43,467 nt of DNA from Candidatus Komeilibacteria bacterium (GCA_018656655.1 JABHYW010000035.1:1-43467), one strand, 5' to 3'. Counted from the stretch's first letter, positions 27,701 to 36,846 are shown. The notes: generated by a model not told the origin, from the sequence alone. Numbers and translations: made by a program.

Positions 27701-28760
27701 TTTCTATGCCGACTGCTTCAGAAATATGTTTGAAATTATCATGCTGGATAAGATTTTCTAATTGTTTGTTTATAATATTTACGGCAGTAGGTCCGTTATA
27801 AATTAATCCAGTGATTAATTGTACTAAATTAGCTCCGGCTTTTATTTTTTTATAAGCATCATGACCTGAAAATATACCTCCTGTGCCAATTATTTTATAT
27901 TTACCCTCGCTATATTTATATAAATAGGCAATTATTTTATTTGATTTATCTCTAGTAGGTTTACCAGATATACCGCCTAGCTTATTTTTATTACTTGATT
28001 TAAGATTTAATTTAGTTTTATCTTTAGCCAAATTAGAGGCAATAATAGCATCAACTTTATATTTTTTACTTAAATAAATAATATCATCCAGTTGCTCTTT
28101 GGACAAATCTTGACCAATTTTAAGCCAAATAGGTCTGTGCTTAGTATTGATGCTTTGAATTTTATCTAAAATTGGTTCAAGTAATTCTTTTGATTGTAAG
28201 CCAGTAAAACCATCCACATTTGGACAAGAAAGATTAATAGTAACAATATCAACGTGCTCTGCTAATATTTCAAAACTAGCCTGATAATCATCAGCGGCTT
28301 TGTCCATAGATACATTATTGGTTTTAGCAATACTAGCTGATATAAGACTATTTTTTTTCTTGAGTTGTTCAACTATTTTTTTCGCACCTTGATTGCATAA
28401 ACCATAATAAACAACTAAGCCTTTATCTTTTGGTAATCTCCAAAGTCTGGGTTTAGGATTGCCATCTTGAGCTTGGTGAGTAATAGAGCCAATTTGAGCC
28501 CAAGCAAATCCCATAGCTGACCAAGTATTAATAGCTTGACCGTTTTTATCCAAGCCAGCGGCTAAACCAATTGGATTTTTGAAGTATAGTCCAAATAATT
28601 TTTGGCGTAGTCTAGGAGAGGTGTAATTTAGTTTAGATTTTAATAGTTTATTTAAAAGTTTTGACCTACTAAAAAAAGATAAGCCCCATAAAGTAAAATC
28701 ATGAACTTTCTCTGGATCAATTAGAAATAGGATTGGCCTAATTATTTTTTGGTAAAACAT
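27681..28760 (-). CDS. pyrD: Dihydroorotate dehydrogenase, class-2-like scaffold
   Basis: Alignable along its length with E. coli PyrD as I recall that sequence: N-terminal MFYQKIIRPILFLIDPEKVH, NPIGLAAGLDKNG, GGISG and GASLVQ-like motifs. The active-site segment reads INLSCPNV. Confidence 0.85.
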   Translation of the reverse strand: MFYQKIIRPILFLIDPEKVHDFTLWGLSFFSRSKLLNKLLKSKLNYTSPRLRQKLFGLYFKNPIGLAAGLDKNGQAINTWSAMGFAWAQIGSITHQAQDGNPKPRLWRLPKDKGLVVYYGLCNQGAKKIVEQLKKKNSLISASIAKTNNVSMDKAADDYQASFEILAEHVDIVTINLSCPNVDGFTGLQSKELLEPILDKIQSINTKHRPIWLKIGQDLSKEQLDDIIYLSKKYKVDAIIASNLAKDKTKLNLKSSNKNKLGGISGKPTRDKSNKIIAYLYKYSEGKYKIIGTGGIFSGHDAYKKIKAGANLVQLITGLIYNGPTAVNIINKQLENLIQHDNFKHISEAVGIESDQYTL

Positions 28761-29214
28761 TTATTTTATGTTCTATTATTTTATCACTTTTATTAAATAA
28801 GAAATCAGCCTTAAATTTTTTACCTTCTAAAAATACAGGGAACCAATATTGATCATCGTCCCACATTTTTTTGTAGGGAATGTTATCTATATCAAACCAC
28901 TCGGGCTTCATTTCTTCACTTTCTTCAGGCTCTCCTACAAAATTATCGCAGTGAAAAACATGCACCTCTAAATCTTGTTCTTTGTTTTGCCAAGAAAAGT
29001 CTATCACAGCTATTTTCTCTAGTGATTTAACTTCAAGAGAACTTTCTTCAAATAATTCACGTCTAGCCGCCTCTTCTATAGTTTCTCCAGCTTCAAGTTT
29101 ACCGCCAAAGCCATTAAATTTACCCATACCAAAACCTCTTTTTTTAAGACCTAGTAATATTTTATTGTTTTTGGTAATTAAAACTAGAGTTAAAACTGTT
29201 TTTTTAAGCGCCAT
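28738..29214 (-). CDS. Nudix hydrolase (MutT/MTH1-like)
   Basis: Nudix box GGKLEAGETIEEAARRELFEESSL. ATG 29214 is preferred over the GTG at 29244. Confidence 0.85.
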   Translation of the reverse strand: MALKKTVLTLVLITKNNKILLGLKKRGFGMGKFNGFGGKLEAGETIEEAARRELFEESSLEVKSLEKIAVIDFSWQNKEQDLEVHVFHCDNFVGEPEESEEMKPEWFDIDNIPYKKMWDDDQYWFPVFLEGKKFKADFLFNKSDKIIEHKINVLPKNN

Positions 29215-29280
29215 GACATTTTTTATATTTTTTACCTGAACCACCCTTCGGCTTCGCTCAGGACGTCGCGTATATATTAT

Positions 29281-32064
29281 TTATTTACCGTGACAATTTT
29301 TATACTTAATCGGTTTGCCATTAGCTTTTTTAGCTCCGCAGTAACAAGGATCATTACGACCAATACGTTTACCAGCTTTATCAGTTGGCTTATTAGAAGT
29401 TGCAACATTAGCAGCGGAACGATTAGCTACTTGTTTTTGGAAAGGTTGATAACCTTGTTTTTGTTCTTCAAAAACCTTTTGACTCTCCCCTGGACGAGGT
29501 GTATTAGAGCTATTGCCTACAGTATTTCTCTTCAAACTAACTTTAAAAACAGAATAAACTATTTGTTTACGAATAGAGTCTAAAAGTTGATTAAATAGGT
29601 TAAAAGATTCACGTTTATATTCTATCAAAGGATCTCTTTGACCATAACCTTGCAGGCCAATACCAGTACGGAGCTTATCCATAGCAGTTAGATGTTCTAC
29701 CCATAAAGTATCAATACTCTTTAAAACAATACTACGTTCAATAATCTGCATTGGTGTCCAAGTGTCACTTTCTAATTTTACGTTGGCATTTATGTCATCT
29801 GTTAATTTGAGATATTTATCTTTAGCAATGGAATGAAGATATTCAATAACCTTATCTCTATTATCATGAGAATTACTTTTTCCATTTTGGCTTAATAATT
29901 CTTTTATTTTTGTTTCTTCTTCAGATTCTAAAGCGAAAATTGATTTAAGTGTTTCTAATATTTCCTTTGGATCAAAATCACCAGTATTTTTTTCGCCCAA
30001 AGTATGGAATGAGACTACATTTTCAATTTCTTGATTAACATATTCCAAAACTGTGTCTTGAGAAGTTTTAGTGCTTTCATGTTCTTTATCAGAAAATATT
30101 TCAAGTAATTGTTGGCGAGAGCCATAAACTACTTGGCGATGTTTATTTATTACATCATCATATTCTACTAAGTGTTTTCTAATATCAAAGTTATGTCCTT
30201 CTACTTTCTTTTGAGCAGATTCTATAGAATTAGAGATGATTTTATTTTCTATAGGCATATCTTCAGCAATACCCAACCTATCCATCATATTTTTCATACG
30301 ATCTGAACCAAAAATACGCATCAAATCGTCTTCCATGGAAATATAAAATTGAGATGAACCAATATCACCTTGACGTCCACTACGACCACGGAGCTGGTTA
30401 TCTATACGACGTGATTCATGTCGTTCTGTACCTAAAACATGTAAACCACCTAAGTCAATAATTTCAGCACATTTAGTTTTATCCATTGGTGAACCACCTA
30501 AAATAATATCTACACCACGACCAGCCATATTGGTAGCTACTGTAACTGCGCCTTTACGACCAGCTTGAGATATAATTTCAGCTTCTTTCTCATGGAATTT
30601 AGCATTCAATAAATTATGAGGAACGCCAGCTTTTTCTAATAGTTTGCCAAGTTCTTCATTTTTATCAATAGAAATTGTACCAACTAAAACTGGTTGACCT
30701 GCTTCATGACGCTCTTGGATTTCACGGACAATTGCTTTTAATTTACCGCGATAAGATTTATAGATTTTATCTCCTTGATCATCTCTAGAAAATGGTTTAT
30801 TGGTTGGTATTACTGTAACGTCTAAATTGTAAATTTTAGCCATTTCCTCTGCTTCAGTAGCTGCAGTACCAGTCATACCACCTAATTTTTTATACATTCG
30901 GAAGTAATTCTGAAATGTTACTGTAGCTAAGGTCATACTTTCTTTTTGTACCTCTACACCCTCTTTAGCTTCAATGGCTTGATGCAAACCTTCACTATAG
31001 CGACGTCCAGGCATCATGCGTCCAGTAAATTCATCAATAATAATTATTTCATTATCTTTAATGACATAATCTTTATCTTTAGCGAATAAAGTTTTAGCTT
31101 TAAGAGCTGATTCTATGTGATGGACTGTTTCCATGCCGTGACTTTCGTAGATATTATCTATACCAAGAGATTTTTCCATTTTAGTAACACCCTCTTCAGT
31201 TAAGGTGCAAGCCTTCATCTTTTCATCAATATTATAATCTTCATTTTCTTTAAGAATTTGAACCATTTGAGCAAATTGACCATAACGATCTGTGGATTGA
31301 TCGGCTGGAGCAGATATAATGAGTGGAGTTCTAGCTTCATCAATTAAAACACTATCAACCTCATCAATTAAAGTATAATGTAAACCACGCTGAACTTGTT
31401 TTTCAGTATCTTGGGTCATATTATCTCTTAGATAATCAAAACCAAATTCATTATTAGTACCATAAGTAATATCAGCCTGATAAGCTTCTTTTCTTTCTGT
31501 AGGGCGAAGATAATCTACATCAATCTTTACTTGAGCTTCTGAATCATCTGAGGAATTAGCATGACTAGGATCATAAATAAAAGCACTATCATGAGCAATA
31601 ACACCCACTTTAAGTCCTAAAAAGTCATAAACTTTAGCCATCCAAACGGCATCACGTTTAGCCAAGTAATCATTGACAGTAATAACATGCACACCTTTGT
31701 CTGATAAAGCATTAAGATAGACAGCCAAGGTTGAAGTAAGAGTTTTACCTTCACCAGTTTTCATTTCAGCGATCTGACCTTGATGTAAGACAATACCACC
31801 TAAAATTTGAACATCATAATGACGCTGTCCTAAAGTACGTTGAGCAGCAACTTTTATAAGAGCAAAAGCCGGCACCAGGACATCGTCCAATTTGGTACCG
31901 TCTTTTATTTGTTTTTTTAAGTTTAAACTTTTTTCTCTGAGTTCGTCGTCGCTGAGTTTGAGAAATTCTTTTTCTTTTTCATTTATAGCATCAACTTGAG
32001 GTTGTAGACTTTTCAAAAATTTTTCATTAGCATCGCCAAACAGCTTATCTAGAAATTTTAACAT
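29281..32064 (-). CDS. secA: Preprotein translocase ATPase SecA
   Basis: 927 aa. DEAD-like motor motifs (MKTGEGKTL, DEVDSVLIDEARTPLIIS, TNMAGRGVDI) and the C-terminal zinc finger CYCG...CHGK. Confidence 0.97.
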   Translation of the reverse strand: MLKFLDKLFGDANEKFLKSLQPQVDAINEKEKEFLKLSDDELREKSLNLKKQIKDGTKLDDVLVPAFALIKVAAQRTLGQRHYDVQILGGIVLHQGQIAEMKTGEGKTLTSTLAVYLNALSDKGVHVITVNDYLAKRDAVWMAKVYDFLGLKVGVIAHDSAFIYDPSHANSSDDSEAQVKIDVDYLRPTERKEAYQADITYGTNNEFGFDYLRDNMTQDTEKQVQRGLHYTLIDEVDSVLIDEARTPLIISAPADQSTDRYGQFAQMVQILKENEDYNIDEKMKACTLTEEGVTKMEKSLGIDNIYESHGMETVHHIESALKAKTLFAKDKDYVIKDNEIIIIDEFTGRMMPGRRYSEGLHQAIEAKEGVEVQKESMTLATVTFQNYFRMYKKLGGMTGTAATEAEEMAKIYNLDVTVIPTNKPFSRDDQGDKIYKSYRGKLKAIVREIQERHEAGQPVLVGTISIDKNEELGKLLEKAGVPHNLLNAKFHEKEAEIISQAGRKGAVTVATNMAGRGVDIILGGSPMDKTKCAEIIDLGGLHVLGTERHESRRIDNQLRGRSGRQGDIGSSQFYISMEDDLMRIFGSDRMKNMMDRLGIAEDMPIENKIISNSIESAQKKVEGHNFDIRKHLVEYDDVINKHRQVVYGSRQQLLEIFSDKEHESTKTSQDTVLEYVNQEIENVVSFHTLGEKNTGDFDPKEILETLKSIFALESEEETKIKELLSQNGKSNSHDNRDKVIEYLHSIAKDKYLKLTDDINANVKLESDTWTPMQIIERSIVLKSIDTLWVEHLTAMDKLRTGIGLQGYGQRDPLIEYKRESFNLFNQLLDSIRKQIVYSVFKVSLKRNTVGNSSNTPRPGESQKVFEEQKQGYQPFQKQVANRSAANVATSNKPTDKAGKRIGRNDPCYCGAKKANGKPIKYKNCHGK

Positions 32065-32073
32065 AGAGGTATT

Positions 32074-32433
32074 CTAATCTTCCTTTTTCCAAAATTTTAA
32101 GGATTTAAATTTTTTAATATTTCTTCTGAGTTTACTAAGTCTTTTATCTTTATTTTTAACTAATAAACGAGCCAGTTTTTCTTGAACGTTATCTACTGCC
32201 GCTCTAGCGTCACTGTCTTCTTCTTTTACAAAGATTGATTTTTTATCTGCTAAATTTAATTTAACTTCTACTGTATAAACATCTCCTTTATTATGACGCT
32301 GATCTCTTTTTAATTTAACTTGAAAATCAAGAACATTTACTTGATATTTATCTAAATTATCAAATCTAGCTTGTAAATATTGTCTAAAAGGTTCCGTTAA
32401 ATCAAAATTTTGGCTATAAATTTGAATCTTCAT
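32074..32433 (-). CDS. hpf: Ribosome hibernation promoting factor (RaiA/HPF family)
   Basis: The N-terminal MKIQIYSQNFDLTEPFRQYL.. is typical of the sigma-54-modulation/HPF fold. Located next to secA. Confidence 0.85.
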   Translation of the reverse strand: MKIQIYSQNFDLTEPFRQYLQARFDNLDKYQVNVLDFQVKLKRDQRHNKGDVYTVEVKLNLADKKSIFVKEEDSDARAAVDNVQEKLARLLVKNKDKRLSKLRRNIKKFKSLKFWKKED

Positions 32434-32629
32434 TGTTTTCTTCCTCTTGATAAGATTTATTATCCACTACTTTTTTAACAATTAAAATTACTATTAATAA
32501 TAGTGCTCCGCCGGCTAACATCAAAAATGTTTTATCTTGATAAAAAGGCATAGTTTCTGCTAATACTTCTTCTTGAGCTTGAGCAACATTAGCTAATAAT
32601 AGCGCACTAAAAATAAATGTTTTTTTCAT
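32414..32629 (-). CDS. Small exported/membrane protein (71 aa)
   Basis: Signal peptide ending AQA, a second TM and an acidic tail. Preceded by the conserved GGCGGAG element. Confidence 0.45.
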   Translation of the reverse strand: MKKTFIFSALLLANVAQAQEEVLAETMPFYQDKTFLMLAGGALLLIVILIVKKVVDNKSYQEEENNEDSNL

Positions 32630-32705
32630 AGTTTTGTTGTTTACTCCGCCTTTGGCGGATAATTATTTATATATTAAATGTACCAAATTTAGCAGCTTAT
32701 CGCAA

Positions 32706-34457
32706 TTATTCTAAAACTGCTTTGATACGTCTAATTCCAGCTGAGGAAGATTGTTCTTTTTTGATGCGGAAATGCCCTAATTTATTAGTGTTATCTACAT
32801 GAGGACCACCGCAAATTTCATTAGAAAATAAACCAATCTTATATACTTTTATTTTTTCTCCATATTTTTTATCAAATAGACCAATTGCACCCTGTTCTTT
32901 AGCTTGAGCTACAGACATTTCTTCATAACGTACCTCTAAACCAAATTTAATTTGTTCGTTTACAATGTCCTCTACTTTTTTCTTTTCTTCTGGAGTCATA
33001 GCTTGAGGATGAGTAAAGTCAAAACGTAAGCGTTGTTCATTGATATTGCTACCGCGTTGTTCTACATGATCACCTAAGACATCTTTCAGAGCTTGGTGAA
33101 GTAAATGAGTAGTAGTGTGATATTTAGTAGCCATCTCACCATCATCAGCTAATCCGCCTTTAAACATTCCAGCGCTAGCAGTTCTAGATAGTTCTTGATG
33201 TTTTTTAAACTCAGCTTCAAATTCTTCTTTGTTTATTTTAATATTATTTTCTTGAGCCAATTCTTCGGTCATTTCTAGTGGGAAACCATAAGTAGAAAAT
33301 AATATAAAAGCAGCTTTACCATCAATATTTTTTTGTTTAGCAAATTCTTTAAGGCCTTTAGTCAAAGTCTTACTAAATTTTTCTTCTTCTTTTTGTAATT
33401 CTGTGCGTATAAAATTTTCATTTCTTTCTAATTCAGGATAATCCATACAATAACCAGAAATAAAAAGTGCTCCTAAACTAGCTATATAACCATCATCTAT
33501 GTTAATTTTTTTAGCAAATCTAATAGCTCTTCTGATTAATCTACGTAAAACATAACCTTGATCTTTATTAGATGGTGCTATGCCTCTAGGATCACCCATC
33601 ATAAATACGGCTGACCTGATATGATCGGCTACTATACGGAAAGATTTTTTGTCCTCTTTGTATTTTTTATCAGATAATTTTTCTAGTTGTTTTATAATTG
33701 GCTGCCAAAGTTCTGTTAAATAATTATCATCAAAGCCATTAAGCACGGCTAGAGTTCTTTCAAAACCCATGCCAGTGTCTATATTCTTTTGTTTAAGTGC
33801 TTCGTATTTACCATCAGCAGTTTTATTATACTGCATAATTACATTATTCCAGATTTCTACCCAGCCTTTATCATTTTCATGAAATACTTTTGGAGCTGGG
33901 CCTTTGCCAGTCCAATAAAATATCTCTGTATCTGGACCACAAGGACCAGTCTGTCCAGCTGGACCCCACCAATTTTCTTTTATTTTTTCTATCCTATCTT
34001 GGGCTAGGCCTAAATCTAACCAATATTTTTCTGATTCATGATCATACTCTTGTACATCTTGATTGCCTCCAAAAATAGATACAGCTAATTTTTCTTTATC
34101 TAGTTTTAATACTTCAGTTAAAAATTCCCAAGAATATTTAATAGTCTCTTCTTTGAAATAATCACCCAATGACCAATTGCCAAGCATTTCAAAAAAAGTA
34201 TGATGAGTAGCATCCCCTACTTCGTCTATATCGCCAGTTCTAACACATTTTTGGACATTTACCAGCCGTTGACCTTCAGGGTGTTTTTCGCCAACTAAGT
34301 AAGGCACTAAAGGATGCATTCCCGCTGTAGTAAATAAAACCGTTGGATCATTTTCTGGAATTAAAGAAGCAGAGCTAATCAAGGAGTGATTTTGGCTCTG
34401 AAAATATTCAAAAAAGCTATTTTTTAATTCTTGTGATGTCATATTATTATAATTCAA
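32706..34457 (-). CDS. alaS: Alanyl-tRNA synthetase, short form (583 aa, no C-Ala domain)
   Basis: Motifs HHTFFEMLGNWS and WNNVIMQYN, the editing-domain HTTTHLLHQAL, and CGGPHV. The protein ends shortly after the editing domain. Confidence 0.9.
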   Translation of the reverse strand: MNYNNMTSQELKNSFFEYFQSQNHSLISSASLIPENDPTVLFTTAGMHPLVPYLVGEKHPEGQRLVNVQKCVRTGDIDEVGDATHHTFFEMLGNWSLGDYFKEETIKYSWEFLTEVLKLDKEKLAVSIFGGNQDVQEYDHESEKYWLDLGLAQDRIEKIKENWWGPAGQTGPCGPDTEIFYWTGKGPAPKVFHENDKGWVEIWNNVIMQYNKTADGKYEALKQKNIDTGMGFERTLAVLNGFDDNYLTELWQPIIKQLEKLSDKKYKEDKKSFRIVADHIRSAVFMMGDPRGIAPSNKDQGYVLRRLIRRAIRFAKKINIDDGYIASLGALFISGYCMDYPELERNENFIRTELQKEEEKFSKTLTKGLKEFAKQKNIDGKAAFILFSTYGFPLEMTEELAQENNIKINKEEFEAEFKKHQELSRTASAGMFKGGLADDGEMATKYHTTTHLLHQALKDVLGDHVEQRGSNINEQRLRFDFTHPQAMTPEEKKKVEDIVNEQIKFGLEVRYEEMSVAQAKEQGAIGLFDKKYGEKIKVYKIGLFSNEICGGPHVDNTNKLGHFRIKKEQSSSAGIRRIKAVLE

Positions 34458-34508
34458 AAAATTTACTGTTTTTACAGTAAATCTGTATATATTTTAGTAA
34501 ATTTTAGC

Positions 34509-35105
34509 TTAAAAGTCAAGTATTTCTCCTCCCCAAATTACTTCTGTAATTTGTTGATTTTCAAAATTTATTGTTATAGTTTTAAAATAATTTTCTACAT
34601 TCTCTATTTCATAAACTAATTCTACAAACCAACAATTTTCACAGTCATTGGAGCTGGCATTAATTATTATTAAATTAAAACCATTGTCTTCACTATATTT
34701 AGGATGATTCAATACAAAATTTTCTGCAAGATCAGCTGAAGTATTTAAATGTCCTATTTCATCTGTTTTTAAAGCCTCTTCATCAATAAGTGTTGGAGAT
34801 GAACCTTCTGGAGTAAATTCATGATCAACCAGATCCTCCATCTCATCCTGATTATTAATTTCAAGATTTTCTACTTGGTTTGAATTATCAATTGGTTCTA
34901 CCTCGTTAGCTTCCTCAAATTTGTCATTTGGTTTTATAATATTCTTTACTTCTTGAGTAATTTGTTCAAAGACCTCTAGCTTAACAAACTCTTTTTTAGG
35001 ACTTAACAAATAAGCTCCAGTTATTAACAAGACTAATATAATTAAGAAAAAAGAAAAGATTTTTATTTTAGACATAATTTTTAGATTAATATATACATTA
35101 TACAT
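34509..35105 (-). CDS. Membrane-anchored acidic hypothetical protein
   Basis: N-terminal TM (IFSFFLIILVLLITGAY) and an acidic extracytoplasmic part. An alternative ATG at 35075 is possible. Confidence 0.5.
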   Translation of the reverse strand: MYNVYINLKIMSKIKIFSFFLIILVLLITGAYLLSPKKEFVKLEVFEQITQEVKNIIKPNDKFEEANEVEPIDNSNQVENLEINNQDEMEDLVDHEFTPEGSSPTLIDEEALKTDEIGHLNTSADLAENFVLNHPKYSEDNGFNLIIINASSNDCENCWFVELVYEIENVENYFKTITINFENQQITEVIWGGEILDF

Positions 35106-35111
35106 TTTTTA

Positions 35112-35388
35112 AAGGAAAAGCCCAAGTTTAAAAACCTGGGCTGTTATCAAGGGGTAACTACTGTGCATGGACAATATGGACAATTAAAGTTTAATTGGGT
35201 TTGCTCAGAATTGAGTTGTTTTAATTTAACATTATTTACGACTTCCCTGAAAGTAAGTCGTTACTTGAACTTACGCCCATTACAATAGTAGTTACCCCCA
35301 CTGGTCGTGTAATTTCCCTACAAACTACCTTATTTTTTTGCTGTTAGAAATATCCTACGACCAAAATATCTTGAAAATGATCTAATTA
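35112..35388 (-). ncRNA. Candidate structured RNA or long 5' leader (about 270 nt), class not recognised
   Basis: Minus-strand TTGACA (35425-35420), 18 nt spacer, TATTAT. There is a perfect 12-bp long-range helix, ggggtaactact (35151-35162) with agtagttacccc (35288-35299), that can be extended by about 7 more pairs. Internal hairpins include acgactt/aagtcgt, ctca-gaat-tgag and caattaaa/tttaattg. It ends at an agcccaag/cctgggct hairpin plus a U-tract (35111-35142). Confidence 0.35.
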
Positions 35389-35512
35389 CTATTTAATAAT
35401 AGAACAAAAATAGCTTAATTGTCAATTTTTTGGCTAAATTACCTACAAATCTAAGCTTATAAAACTATCTCTTTTATGCTACAATTATGCTAATATATTT
35501 TTAAATAAACTC

Positions 35513-36013
35513 ATGAGAGTACCAATTAGAAAAGGCGGTAAATTTACCCATATCAAATCTGATCCTTATATGACTCAGACTAAATTTGATGAACTTGCCA
35601 AGAATTTAGCTAGACTAAAAAAAGATGTTCAGCCTGAATTAGCCAAGGAAGTAAAAAGATTGGCCCTAATGGGTGATTTTTCTGAAAACGCAGCCTATCA
35701 AATAGCCAAAGGTAGATTGCGTAGTGTAAATTATAAAATGGAAAAAATTACTAAAGAAATTGCTGGTGCTAATATTATCAAAGAAAATAAAAATAGTCAG
35801 ATTGTTAGTATTGGACATCGAGTAACTATCAAGTCGGCCAAAGAAACAAAAGAGTATCGTATCTTAGGCTCATCGGAAACTAATCCCGCCAAAGGAACAA
35901 TCTCACATCAGTCTCCTCTTGGCTTAGCGCTCTTACATAAGCCTCTAGGAGCGACTGTAGAGCTTAAACTAGACAATATAGTAGTTAAGTATGAGATAAT
36001 AAAGATAGCCTAA
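35513..36013 (+). CDS. greA: Transcription elongation factor GreA
   Basis: GDFSENAAY (compare GDLSENAEY) and the C-terminal SHQSPLGLALLHKPLG. The true start may be ATG 35570 (MTQTKFDEL). Confidence 0.85.
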   Translation: MRVPIRKGGKFTHIKSDPYMTQTKFDELAKNLARLKKDVQPELAKEVKRLALMGDFSENAAYQIAKGRLRSVNYKMEKITKEIAGANIIKENKNSQIVSIGHRVTIKSAKETKEYRILGSSETNPAKGTISHQSPLGLALLHKPLGATVELKLDNIVVKYEIIKIA

Positions 36014-36040
36014 AAAAACCGCCTACTTAGCGGTTTTTTT
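36012..36040. terminator. Bidirectional terminator after greA
   Basis: A7-accgc-ctactta-gcggt-T7. Confidence 0.75.
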
Positions 36041-36157
36041 ATTTAGTTTTTTGTTTGCTTTGGCTTCGAGCATCACTCTCTTTGCTTCTAGTCTTTTTGG
36101 TGTTTTCTTAGAGCGAGATTTTTGTACTCTACCAACAGCATGTCTTCTTTTAGCCAT
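36023..36157 (-). CDS. Possible 44-aa highly basic small protein
   Basis: Found by manual translation: MAKRRHAVGRVQKSRSKKTPKRLEAKRVMLEAKANKKLNKKTAK. It is below the ORF-track size cutoff and I recognised no family. Confidence 0.3.
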   Translation of the reverse strand: MAKRRHAVGRVQKSRSKKTPKRLEAKRVMLEAKANKKLNKKTAK

Positions 36158-36233
36158 ATAGGTATTATTTATATTAATTACAGAAGTATATTAGCTGATT
36201 TTACTAATAAAATCAAGGCTTAGGGCTTATTAG

Positions 36234-36437
36234 TTATAATAAACCAGAATAAGCTCCAGAAAAAGTAGCTATTATAGTAGGCCAAGCAATTATTAGGATA
36301 ATAAGTGGTATTACAAATAATAACACGCTCAAAACCACGCTCCAGAGAAACATCTTTTTGGCTGCATTTGTAATCTTATAAATCTCATTTACTTTGAGTT
36401 CCAGCTCCTCTATTTTTTTGTATAATTGTTCATCCAT
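36234..36437 (-). CDS. Small membrane protein (67 aa)
   Basis: Amphipathic N-terminal helix, then two hydrophobic segments. Confidence 0.4.
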   Translation of the reverse strand: MDEQLYKKIEELELKVNEIYKITNAAKKMFLWSVVLSVLLFVIPLIILIIAWPTIIATFSGAYSGLL

Positions 36438-36653
36438 TACGTTGATATGGGACTTAAGTTTAATAATATTTTATACTAAAACAAGTTCTTTCTTTGCCTT
36501 ATGTGTATTTCTACACTCACTGCAATATTGTAGTTGATCTTTTTTTTGAGCATTTTGAGTAATTTCAAATAATTTGATAGAAAGTGGTGTAGCCACAGAA
36601 GAGGACGGCGATTTACGTCTAGCAATGTAATTAAAAGAAATAAAATGCTGTTT

Positions 36654-36684
36654 AAAAATCACCTTAACTGGTGATTTTTTGTTT
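36654..36684. repeat. Terminator-like repeat, copy 1 (aaaaatcaccttaactggtgattttttgttt)
   Basis: Nearly identical to 37945..37975. The aatcacc/ggtgatt hairpin is flanked by A5 and T6. Confidence 0.7.
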
Positions 36685-36846
36685 GTTTAGCTAGAACATC
36701 CTCTATGTTGCAGTTATCAATAAAAATGCCGGACACTATCTACTATCAGAACTTATTTTAGGGATGGTTTTGAGGAGTTTTTTATACCTGATTTACAGAT
36801 AGACTAATATTAGTTATGCTTATAACATAAATGATTAATAAAAAAT

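Noticed and set aside
29241-29275. A GC-rich 30-mer (ccacccttcggcttcgctcaggacgtcgcg) between secA and the Nudix gene, possibly related to the 74-nt repeat.
   Set aside because: It shares only short words (CCTGAGC, CGAAGG) with the repeat. It has no extended alignment, no strong hairpin and no U-tract. It was not worth a separate call.
36471-36662. A 63-aa minus-strand ORF.
   Set aside because: Its start codon lies inside the terminator-like hairpin at 36654-36684. It has no SD and a low-complexity sequence. It is probably non-coding.
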